From the NCBI RefSeq assembly GCF_006345805.1, contig NC_042998.1:163804001-163868000 (forward strand): a DNA stretch of 64,000 nucleotides, in the 5' to 3' direction. The stretch comes from Octopus sinensis (Eukaryota). Of the stretch, positions 25,288-37,400 are shown piece after piece; position 1 is the first letter of the stretch; the number at the start of each line of letters is the position of its first letter. The notes under the pieces were generated by a model that ran no database searches, had not been told where the DNA came from, and saw only the letters and a list, made by a program, of their open reading frames with translations. The position numbers and the translations under genes were made by a program.

Positions 25288-26974
25288 CTGAAACAAGCAA
25301 AAGAAAATTAAAGTCATTGACATAGCAAGCCCAAAATAATTGTCTTTAACCTAGTCACTATTTTTAGTTGCAGCTGCTTCACTTCCACTAATATTGACTT
25401 TTTTGGAAAACAGAAATATACACAACTTACATTACCTAAAGTCATGGATATAATCTAGTAAATATTGATTTTAAATGTTTGGCACAAGGCTAGTAAGTTT
25501 GGAGAGAGGGTAAGTTGATTACATTAACCCCAGTACTCAATTGGTGCTCTTTTTATCGACCCTGAGAGGATGACAGGCAAAGCTGACCTCTATGGAATTC
25601 AAACATAAAGACAGACAAAATGCCACTAGGCATTTTGGCTGGTGTGCTGACGATTCTGTCAGCTTACCACCTTTAAACTCATAAACGCTAACAAGTCAAC
25701 TGAAGAATTATTACTACCACGTAAAGATAATAAAATTCATTTCTTACCAAGTTATACAGATATTTAGAATAGAAGGTTCATTACTCTTACTAGGTACATC
25801 AGCATAATCATTATTGTTTAATGTCTGCCTTCCATGCTGGCATGGGTTGGATGGTTTGACTGAGAACTGGCACGCCAGGAGGCTGCACCAGGCTCTAATT
25901 TGATCTGGCACAGTTTCTACAGCTGGATGCCCTTCCTAACATCAACTACTCCAAGAGTGTAGCGGGTGCTTTTTACATGCCACCAGCACAGGGGTGGGGC
26001 ATTCAGGCAGTACTAGCATTGATCTCGTTCAAATGGTGCATTTTACATGTCACTGGCACATTTTCATAAATGAGAGAGAGAGCAAGGTTTATAACATTTA
26101 CAAGGCACACAGAATTACATGAGATAAGTTGTATCTAACACACACATTTAAACATAGAAGAGGGGTTTAAATGAGAGAGATGTTTGTTTAGTAAGCATAA
26201 ATTCAGATGGCGACAGAGACATTTATTATTAACTAAGCACAAGCATTGGAGAGTACCAGTGGACCTGGTTGGCTCTATGCCTGATGGAAAGGCAGATGTT
26301 ATGATGATCAAGATGATGAAACATACATTTAGAAGAGAGTTTAATAATATTTACTACTGCCTGTATTTACAAGAGAGTAATTTTATAAATCAGATGTGTT
26401 ATTTAATCAGAGGTTTAGTATGTTGGTACAACTGCAAGAACATACCATTCAGCAGTATCATCACTCTTTTAAGGTCCACTTTTCCATGCATGGACTGGAA
26501 GAAATTCACTGAGTGAGATATTTTACGAATGGATTCACTTCCTGTCACCAACCCTCACCTGTTTCCAAATAAGGTTATATTCCCCATCATTAGACAATGT
26601 TTTCATAGCAAATTGGAAAAAAAAACAAAAGACACTACTTGCATAACAGTGACATTTGTTTACAACTGTCACATGAAGTCAAGACCAGGATATAGTATCA
26701 CACATAAATACATATAGATATATATATATATGTGGAGGCACATGACCTAGTGGTTAGAGCAGCGGAGTTGTGGTCGAAGGATTACGGGTTCAAATCTCAG
26801 ACCGGGTGATGTGTGTGTTTATGAGCGAAACACCTAAGCAGAAGGCAATGGCAAACTTCTGCTGACTCTTTCACCACAACTTTCTCTCACTCTTTCCTCC
26901 TGCATCTTGCAGCTCACCTGCAACGGACTGGAAACCTATATGCCAAGGAAACCGAGAAAGCAGCCCTATGAACA

Positions 26975-27021
<47 letters not shown>

Positions 27022-29637
27022 TATACATACATATATATACACACATATACATACATACACATATATAAGGGTGTGTTGAAAATTCCTGGCTTTAAGGGTA
27101 TTGCGAAAGGCCTGGTTAGAGGCCCAACTTTCTGAGTTCTTTTACAGGACTTAGAAAAACTGAAAGACCACTGCAATAAGTGTGTGAATCTGAGTGGGGA
27201 ATATGTTGAATAAAATCATAATTAACTGATCCTCTTGTATTTTCTTGTACTCAAAACCAGGAACTTTTCAGCACCCCCATGTGTGTGTGTATTGTACCCC
27301 TGCCAATGACATGTGAAAAGCACTCATTACACTCTTGTAGTGGTTGGCATTAGGAAGGGCATCTAGCCATAGAAACCATGCCAAATCAGACTGCAACCCG
27401 GTGTAGCTCTCTGACTCACCAGTTCCCGACAAACCATCTAACCTATGCCAACATGGAAAGTGGACATTAAATGATGATGATTACATAAATATATTTATTA
27501 TTATTCTTTCTTACGAAATGTATAGAACTGCTTAAGAAGTGCTCGGGTTGAACCCAAGACAAAAGATAAGAATTAAAAAATAAACTCAAATTAGGTAATC
27601 AATTTTTTATACATACTCATACAGTTATAAATTCAAATTAAAATGTGTATATATTAATATGTATCAACATATATGAATATTTTTAAAAATATAAATATAC
27701 ATAAAAATACATGTAAATAGAGTCCTGTAGGATATATATGGAAAAAGTGTGAGAATAAGAGAACTGATAAAAATTTGTTTAAGTACGAAAATTAAGTGTA
27801 AAGAGTTTCAGTTAAAAGATCCATAAAATTCAATCTGCTTTTTTTAATTTGAGTTTATTTTTTTAATTTTCATATATATATATATATTTATATAAACTAA
27901 ATAAGGGTAGAAATTGATATTAATCAATTAAAACCAGTGGCTTAGCATATTTTAAAAAATCCAAAGATTAAAAATTGTGTTACATACAAAATTTAGAGGA
28001 CTGACCACAAAAAGTGGACAGCCTATATGCTAAACATAGATGTCAAATCACCATTACCACGAAGAATCTGTTCTCAAGAAAAATCTCAGCAAAAAATCAA
28101 AATGTAAAAATAAGCAAGACAAATGAAAATATACGAAATAAAAAACGATTACCTATGTACCATTGGCTTCACTTGTTAATATTTACGTATATGGACAAGC
28201 AAATATCTGCAAGATCATCAGCATAGTCTGTCGTTTACAAAACACAATTTCCAGAATTTTTTTTATTTCGTATATTTTCATTTGTCTTGCTTATTTTTAC
28301 AATTTGGGTTTTTTGCTGAGATTTTTCTTGAGAACAGATTCTCTGTGGTAATGGCGATTTGACGTCTATGTTTAGCATATACATAGGCTGTCCACTTTCA
28401 ATGGTCAGTCCTCTAAATTTTGTATATATGGGCCTGATGAAGCCTTCTGGCTTCACAGACCCCAGTAGAACCGTCCAACCCATGCTAGCATGGAAAACGG
28501 ATGCTAAACGATGATGAATAGGATTCTTTTCGAGTTCCATCTGCAAAAGCCACTGAAAAGACTTTGATCAAACTAGGGCTAATGTAGGAGACACTTGCCC
28601 AAGGTGCCATGCAGTGGGATTGAATCAAAAACCATGTGATAGGAAAGTAAACTTCTTACCACACTGTCATACCTGCACAATGATACTAAATGATAACAGA
28701 TATACTTACAATGCTTTTTGTGGGTGTTTCCTTGGGTGTAGAATTTGAGCTGTCTCGTACATCATCACTACCATTGTCCTCCTCTCCTCCTTCTACCTCC
28801 TTTTCCTCTCCTTCTACTTCCTCTTCCTCTTCTGAAGAACTCATTTCCACATCATACCAGTGTTTATATAATTTCTTTGATAGTCTTCTGTTTTCACCTG
28901 TCAGCTTATCTATTGATGGTGGCGTGGCATTATAAGAGATATCAGATGATTTCATTATACCGTCCTTGATAAGAAGAAAGAAAAATCAATAATATTTGTG
29001 AACAGTTTCTTTTTTTTTTCAATTATTATCAGTTTAATATTGGCTTTTGTGATATAGTCACTCCATTTGAATTTCAGGATTGATTGTAGTTTTACTTGAC
29101 AAAATCTCTCAAGTCAACATATATAATCTTTTGGCATTTAAACCTGCCAAATCCAACCCAAATATTCTACCTGCTTTACATTCAAACTGGCCAAATTGAG
29201 CCTCTCATACCAATCACATCATCAGAATTTCAAAGTGACAAGATAATGCATAATCAATTGAAAACAATACACAGTCGTGGCTGTGTGACTAAGAAGCTTG
29301 CTTCCCAACCACATGGTTCTAGGTTCAGTCCCACTGCATGGCACCTTGGATAAGTGTCTTCTGCTATAGCCTTGGGCTCACCAAAGCCTTAAGAGTGGAT
29401 TTGATGGATGGAAACTAAAAGAAGCCCATCGTATTTGCCATGCTGGACTGCTGAAATCTACAAGTTTTTTTCATTCTCGCTCTCTCTCTCTGTTTATTTT
29501 CTCTTATTCCTTTCTGTTGAAGGGCATAGGCTCGAAACATAAAAGACTTTTTCATTTTCTCTGAGTGTCAAACTGATACACTTGTTTGTTGTTCATACAC
29601 CTGTCTTCATTTTTTGTTTTTCTATAAATTTCAACTA

Positions 29638-29671
<34 letters not shown>

Positions 29672-31181
29672 TTGGACAGTTTGATAGAATCTCGATGTCT
29701 GTTTTGGCATGGTTTCTATGACTGGATGCCCTTCCTAATGCCAACCACCTTACAAAGTGTACTGGGTGCATTTACATGGCACAGTATGGGTGCTTTTTAT
29801 GTGGCACTAGCACCCACAATCTCACAAGATTAGGAACATTCAGCTGGAGAAGGATGCAAGGGACATGCCTGTATGCAAGGACAACCACACATTTACTTAG
29901 CTGGGTGTATTTTCTCAAGCACTGTAAACTCCAAGGAGTATTGGTCCCCTGACATCTCTTCTGCAAGGCCCAGTATCTGAAGATCCTTTCTCATCACTTT
30001 GTCCCATATCTTGCTGGGTCTACCCCTTCTACACATCCCCTCAAGGATTAAAAACGAAAAATCAAGAGAGATTAACACTCACCACTTCAATAGCACTAAG
30101 CAGGTGTTTGCTAGTCAAAAAAGAGGTATTACATGCTTTGCATACTCCTGTAACGATTTCATCATCATCAGAATCAACATTATCATTCTGACATTGAGGC
30201 ATGCAGAGCTGACACAACACATGGCCTTTCACATCTTCAAATATTCCTGTAAAATGAAAATTTAATCAAAATCAGAATATTTTTATTTCTATTCTCAAAG
30301 CTTCAACAATCTCATATCTTGCACTCTCTAATCCTCAAAAACATGAGCTTAAAACCTTTGAAGTCACTACAAATGCTAGTTTGCATAATCTTTGATCTTT
30401 ACTGATGCCCATCACATACATAAAATAGCTGAGATTATATCTCAAAACAGTAGTCTTCTACGATCATCACCATCAACATTTTATGCCTGTTTTCCATGTT
30501 GGCATGGGTTGAATGGGGCATTGGTAGGAAATGATTCAGTGTTGATCAATTGATGAGCTTCTACAAAGCTCAAGTAAGACACAATGAAATAAGGCTTCCA
30601 CACATGAGACATTTCTGTTGATACACACTAACTTCCAAATCACAACCAAAAAGAAAATCCTTGACTGATTGGCAAAAATACAATCACCAATACATATATT
30701 CGCTATGGATACAATTCAGTATAGATCAGTGGATTTGGTCATTCAACCATTCATTGACACCTACATGCCATTGGAAAACAACCATCTTTGATTTCAAGAC
30801 GAAAGATGTTCTTCCATCAGGATAATGCTTGGCCACATACAGCGAGGATGACATTCCAAAGGCTGGAGCAGTTTGAATGAGAAACAATGCACCACCCACC
30901 ATATTCGCTGGAGATAGCCCCATCTGATTATCATTTATTCCGTAGTCTTCAAAATCATTTCGACGGAAAAAATATGAATTCTGTAGACAAGGTCAGAACA
31001 CTAGTGGAGGAGTATTTTTCATCATGGACAAGTGTATTTTGAAGGAGGGGCCTTGCAAGTCTACCAGATAGATTGATGAGCATTGTAGAAAATGAAGGAG
31101 AGTATATTTTAGATTAAAAAGAACTTTGTTTATGTTAATTTTTAAAAAATAAAAAAGTATAAAAAAACTGCATAGGATGAC

Positions 31182-31220
<39 letters not shown>

Positions 31221-31981
31221 AGATAGGGGTTGTAAATTCAACCCTCCATGGGATAACATATATCCAATATACTGCTAGAGAAGTACCCAACAAAGCTAAT
31301 ACATAAATGTTAAAAATTGCGATGCAATTAATTAATTTACTGTATTAGGTGGGCAAAGGTAAAATTATTTTTACCATAAATTAATAATACAAAATGAGAA
31401 AATGGAGAAATATATCTAAATCAATCATCAACCATCAGATAATACCGAATCATATACTTTATTAAAACACTACACAATAGCAATGAGATTAGACATTAAT
31501 ACAGTACAATAATTACAATCAATATGGTGAGATATAACTAAATAAATATAACAAGATATAAAAATACATTTACATTATAACTGACAGCTGTTTCGGCCAT
31601 GAAGATAGGTATATCTCATTTAACCTATTAGCCATATAATGCAGGTATAAATGAGACATTAACAAGAATATCTTACGGCCTCTTCGAAGAGGGCGTAAGA
31701 TATTCTTGTTAATGTCTCATTTATACCTGCATTATATGGCTAATAGGTTAAATGAGATATACCTATCTTCATGGCCGAAACAGCTGTCAGTTATAATGTA
31801 AATGTATTTTTATATCTTGTTATATTTATTTAGTTATATCTCACCATATTGATTGTAATTATTGTACTGTATTAATGTCTAATCTCATTGCTATTGTGTA
31901 GTGTTTTAATAAAGTATATGATTCGGTATTATCTGATGGTTGATGATTGATTTAGATATATTTCTCCGTTTTCTCATTTTG

Positions 31982-32012
<31 letters not shown>

Positions 32013-32511
32013 TTCAGCATGAGAAACCATTAACCAAGACACACTTTCTTTTTCCTCTCTGTTTTCTTTACTCGTTCTTTTCTGTCAGAGTGTAGGCTCA
32101 AAATGTCAAACTAATACACCTTGTTTGTTGTTCTTTTATTTGTCTGTCTTTTGTTTTTTATACATTTGAACCAAATGAAGGCGCATGGCACAGCGGTTAG
32201 AGCTTACAGTTGTGGGGTTGTGAGTACGAATCCCAGACCGGGCTGCGTGTTGTGTTTTTGAGCAAGACACTTTATTTCACATTGCTCCAGTTCACTCAGC
32301 TGTAGCAATGAGTTGCGACGTTACAGGTGCCAAGCTGTATCGGCCTTTGCCTTTCCCTTGGATAACACTGGTGGAGTGGAGAGGGGAGGCTGGTACGCAT
32401 GGGTGACTGCTGGTCTTCCATAAACAATTTTGCCCGGACTTGTACCTGGGAGAGTGACTTTCTAGGTGCAATCCTATGGTCAGTCATGACCGAAGGGGGT
32501 CTTAGTATTTA

Positions 32512-32544
<33 letters not shown>

Positions 32545-34394
32545 CAGTCAACTCACAACAAAATAGTATCAAGTATTATTATTTAGAACAGGTTACAAAA
32601 TGAGCAAGCACCAAATATTCATTCAACTTCAAAAGTGGTACATCAAAAAAAAAACATGCAACTTAAACGGAGTACACCAAATATATACTCAACTTTCACC
32701 TCATATGTTGGCCTTGCCTTCATGCGTTGAGAGTACCCTTCTTCAAGTTGGTTTTCAAGGTGTTCTAACCAGTTTTTACTGATGCTAATAATTTCTTCTG
32801 AATGTTTCACAATGCTGTCACCAGGACCAGCAGAGCACGTCTTGTCTTCATAAACATTAGTTACACCATATGCTTGGTAGAAGATGTCACCAAGGGAATT
32901 TAGCTGAAAGATGTTAAGTATAATAATTATAATTACAGCATGAAAATTAAGCTAGGAGCTGATAATTTTCAAGTCTATTATATATCTGAATAGCAATCAT
33001 AAAGGACTTTATTGTTCAAGAAGGTAGAATGAAATTTAAAGCATATAAAATCAAATACAGATCTAGCCACTTTAAATGTATTTATCAATGTAATTTCAGA
33101 GAATACCATCTCAGCAGTTACCAATTCAATATGTGTGTGTGTGTGGTCAAGCATGACCTTCGAATGTTGGGCCTCACAGAGGCAATGATAAGAGACCGAG
33201 ATCTCTGGAGATATGCTGTGACTGCGAAGACCCCCTGACAAATAATGTGAGTTCATGGCTGTTTCTTGCACCAGCTTCACATAGCAGCCCCAGCCCATCC
33301 GAAGTACCTTGGATCGCAGGACGGCCTGCTGTACTTACCTTGGATCATAGGGCGACCTGCTGTGCTTGAGGAGACCTATTGAGTCAAGTACATCAACATC
33401 AAATAAAGATCAAATGGAAATTGTAGTTGTGATACCTGTGCCGGTGACACATTAAAAGCACCGAACGTGGCTGATGCCAGCGCCGCTTTGACTGGCTTTC
33501 GTGCCAGTGGCACATAAAAAGCACCAACCGATCGTGACTGTTGCCAGCCTCCCCTGGCTCCTGTGCCAGTGGCACATAAAAAGCACCCACTACACTCAAG
33601 GAGTGGTTGGCATTAGGAAGGGCATCCAGCTGTAGAAACACTGCCAGATCAGACTGGAGCCTGGTGCAGCCTCCTGGCTTCCCAGACCCCAGTCGAACCA
33701 TCCAAGCCATGCTAGCATGGAAAACGGACATTAAACGATGATGATGATATATATAATATATATATATATATATATAGTCATGCTACACAGCAGCAAAACA
33801 TAGGCTGGAACTGTTGAGGACATGCATAGTCTTGAAAGAAATGAAGCCAGTATGCTTCACTGGATGTGCAATAACGGTATGCATGTTCAACAGAGTGTAA
33901 GCATCTTGAGAGAAAAGTTAGATATAAGAGGTAACAGAAATGGTGTGCAAGAGAGATGACTGTATTGGTATGGTCATGTGATACATATGGATGAGCACAG
34001 CTGTGTAAAGAGGCACTGGTCTCTAACTGTGGAAGAAGTAGACCCAGGAAGACATTGGACGAGGTGGTGACAAGTCGAGGCGATGACAAATGACTGAGAC
34101 TATTGGCAATATGCCATGCTTGAGAAGACTCAATGAGCCAAGAGAAATTGTAATCATGGCCGATGCCAGTGTCACATAACAGGCACCTGTACTGGTGGCA
34201 CGTAAAAAACATCCATTACACTCTTGGAGTGGTTGGTATTAGGAAAGGCATCCAGTCATAGAAACTATGCCAAACCAGACGGGAACTTACTGCAACTCTC
34301 TGACTTACCAGTTTCAGTCAAATCATCTAACCCATGCCAGCATGGAAAGTGGACGTTAAATTATGATAATGATGATGATATATATATATATATA

Positions 34395-34440
<46 letters not shown>

Positions 34441-37400
34441 GTGTGTGTGTGTGTAAACAAATGATGAGTGGATTTAAAGGTGTAACTTTTATTTCATGGT
34501 TTACAATTGTTTCAACAACTTGGGTGACCAGTCACACTCATCAAAAGACATTGATGAGAATGACAATTAGTCATGCATATTATGAAACATATATTAAACA
34601 ACAGCATCACAAGTTGTTTGTTTAGAACTGATTGAATTATAGAATACAGAAAATTATTTGGCTTCTCACTTAAATAATCAATATAATCACAGCGGGGCAG
34701 TGCCACAAACTGAAATGACAGCAAGACCTTATAGACATGTGTGTGTCTTTCCAAAGCCAAACACAACAAAATTTGTCTTGAAAGAATTCATTCAAATACA
34801 AAAAAAAATCCAATGATAACAGATGTTGTCCTCATCATCATCATCATCATCATCTTTTAACGTTCGCTTTCCATGCTTGCATGGGTTTGACGGTTTAACT
34901 GAGGGCTGGCAAACCAAGAGGCTGCACCAGGCTCCAATCTGATCTGGCAAGGTTTCTACAGTTGGATACCCTTCCTAACACCAACTAGGGGCCAGTCAGA
35001 CAGTACTGGCATCGGCCACACTTGAATGGTACTTTTCATATACCACTGGCAAAGGAGCCAGTCCAGTGGGACTGGCATCAACCATGCTCGAATGATGCTT
35101 TTTATGTGCCTCTGGCATGGATGCCAGTGAGGTGGTACTGGCATTGGCCATGACAATGATTTCACTTAACTCAACAGGTCTTCTCAAGCACAGTATATAT
35201 TGCCCACTGATTGAAGGGTACTTTTAAATGGGCTGGTTATGCAATACTGGTATAAGCTATGGTTATGGTCTCACTTGGCTTGCGGGGTTTTCTCAAGCAC
35301 ACCATATCTCCAATGGTCTCAGTCGCTTGTCACTGCCTCTGTGAAGCCCAACATTCGAAGGTCGTGCTTCACCACCTTATCCCAGGTCTTCCTGGGTCTA
35401 CCTCTTCCACAGGTTCCCTCCACTGTTGAGGTGTGTATAGTAAAAATAATAAAAGTCATAGTCATACCTGGAAAACATACATGCCCTCAGAATTGATAGC
35501 CTCCCCAGCAACCCCGACGATGGGATCAGAGAGTCTTTCATGAACGACGATATCTTTGATTTGATTGATAATCTTTTCAATGAAGTATAAATCTCTAGAA
35601 GAAGAAATTATTCAATAATTAATAAGCTGTGAATTCAGAAATGATCGAGAAACTGCAACTGAAAAGTTAATATAGTTACATACATCTTCATTATCCATCA
35701 TCATTTAACATGCTGACATGGTTTGACAGAAACTGACCAGTAAAGATTGTTTGCCAACATAACATGGCAGACCTGGTTTAGGACTAATGTTGCTGTAATT
35801 TAGCCCCAGGAGACATCGTCTACAGCTGGCTACACAACATAATCTGTGTCCTTAAAAAAAATATATAAGGACACAGATCATGTCGTATAGCCAGCTGTAG
35901 ATGTCTAAATTACAGCAACATTAGTCCTAAACCAGGACTGCCATGTTATGTTGGCAAACCATCTTTACTACAAAGTACTGTTGCTGAATATCTGATGTTG
36001 TGAGATTTAGAAATGGTAATTTTCTAAGAAACTGACCAGTTGAAGAGCTGTTCAGGCTCCATGTCTGTTTTGGCATTAATTCTATGGCTGGAAACCCTAC
36101 CTAATTAAGAATGCCTTTGATCCCAGGTCTGACTTGGGGCTACAGAAATGCAACAAGGAAGAACATGAAAAAGAAAAAAAAAATACTTTAACTAATTGCA
36201 AATGTAAAGCCATACCCAGGTCTTGAGATTCGCCAAGGAGAACACATAGATATAGGCGGGTGATTAGGATCTGTTCGATATTGTACACATATGGCCTCAT
36301 TTGGATACTGGCTGGCAGCTAGAAGAACTTCATCACCTGAAGACTGGACAGCACCTTGGATTGGTGATAAATAATGGGGGATTCCTTCTAACATGTGCTG
36401 CCATTGTAACACCTGTTGAAGCAAAACCAGGTAAAAATACATAAATATTTACTATTTCATTTGAAATTCATTATATTCATTTAACAGTAATTTTAACTGT
36501 CACATCTTTAATTTAGAAAAAGAACTAATTTATTAATTGTGCTTTTTCCCCTCTCTCTCTCTCTCTCAAAGAAGCAAAATTCCATTCCTGCACCATTTCT
36601 TTCACATATTGAGCCACAAAGTGATCATTCAAACTAAAAGAATAGCCAAACTCCCTCAAACAGCACCTTGTCATTCTTATACAAGGAAGGAAGGGAATGT
36701 AGGACCATGTGGGGCCTAGATACATTATGCCTGAAAACAAGACAAGATAGTCAAGACTGGAATATTTGAGTATAGATCTGATTAGTCAACTTTGTCCTAA
36801 GGGTTAAAAAATCATCAACACCTAAATGCCTAAATTATTTATTACTGTATTTCAAATATAGGATTGTGGATACTCATACCTCTCACCAAACCTTTCTGCT
36901 TCACTCTCTTGCCTTTCACATGCTTCATCATATTCCCATTGATTATGAGACAAGTACACTTGGGATAGGGTGGTAGTCTATTGTTGAAATACTGGTGGGA
37001 ACATTGACTGTCCACTACCTTTTTCTTTTTACTTCTTTGTCAGGAAGAGAAGGGTACCATCCATGACCCTTTAATATTTCAGGTATCTAAGCCTAGTAGG
37101 GTGGAAGAAATTATCCTAGAGCCAGAAATTTAAATTTTTGCAACAGAGTGAATTTTTCTTAAAGTACCTGGCTACAGCGAAGGTATAAGTAACATGGCTA
37201 AATTCTGTGGAAATATAGGAGTGGCATGGCTGTGTAGGAAGAAATTTGCTTGCCAGTCACATGGTTCAAGGTAAAGTCTCACTGTGTGGCACCTTGGATA
37301 AGTGTCTTCTATTATAGCCTCAAGCCAACCAAAGCCCTGTGAATGGATATGGTAGACGGAAACCAAAAGCCGCCAGTCATATACATATACATAAGTATGT

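Noticed and set aside
33430-33590. Regularly spaced gtgccagtggcacataaaaagcacc units resembling a CRISPR array
   Set aside because: Internal tandem units of a eukaryotic retroposon 3' region; spacers are mutually similar and there are no cas genes
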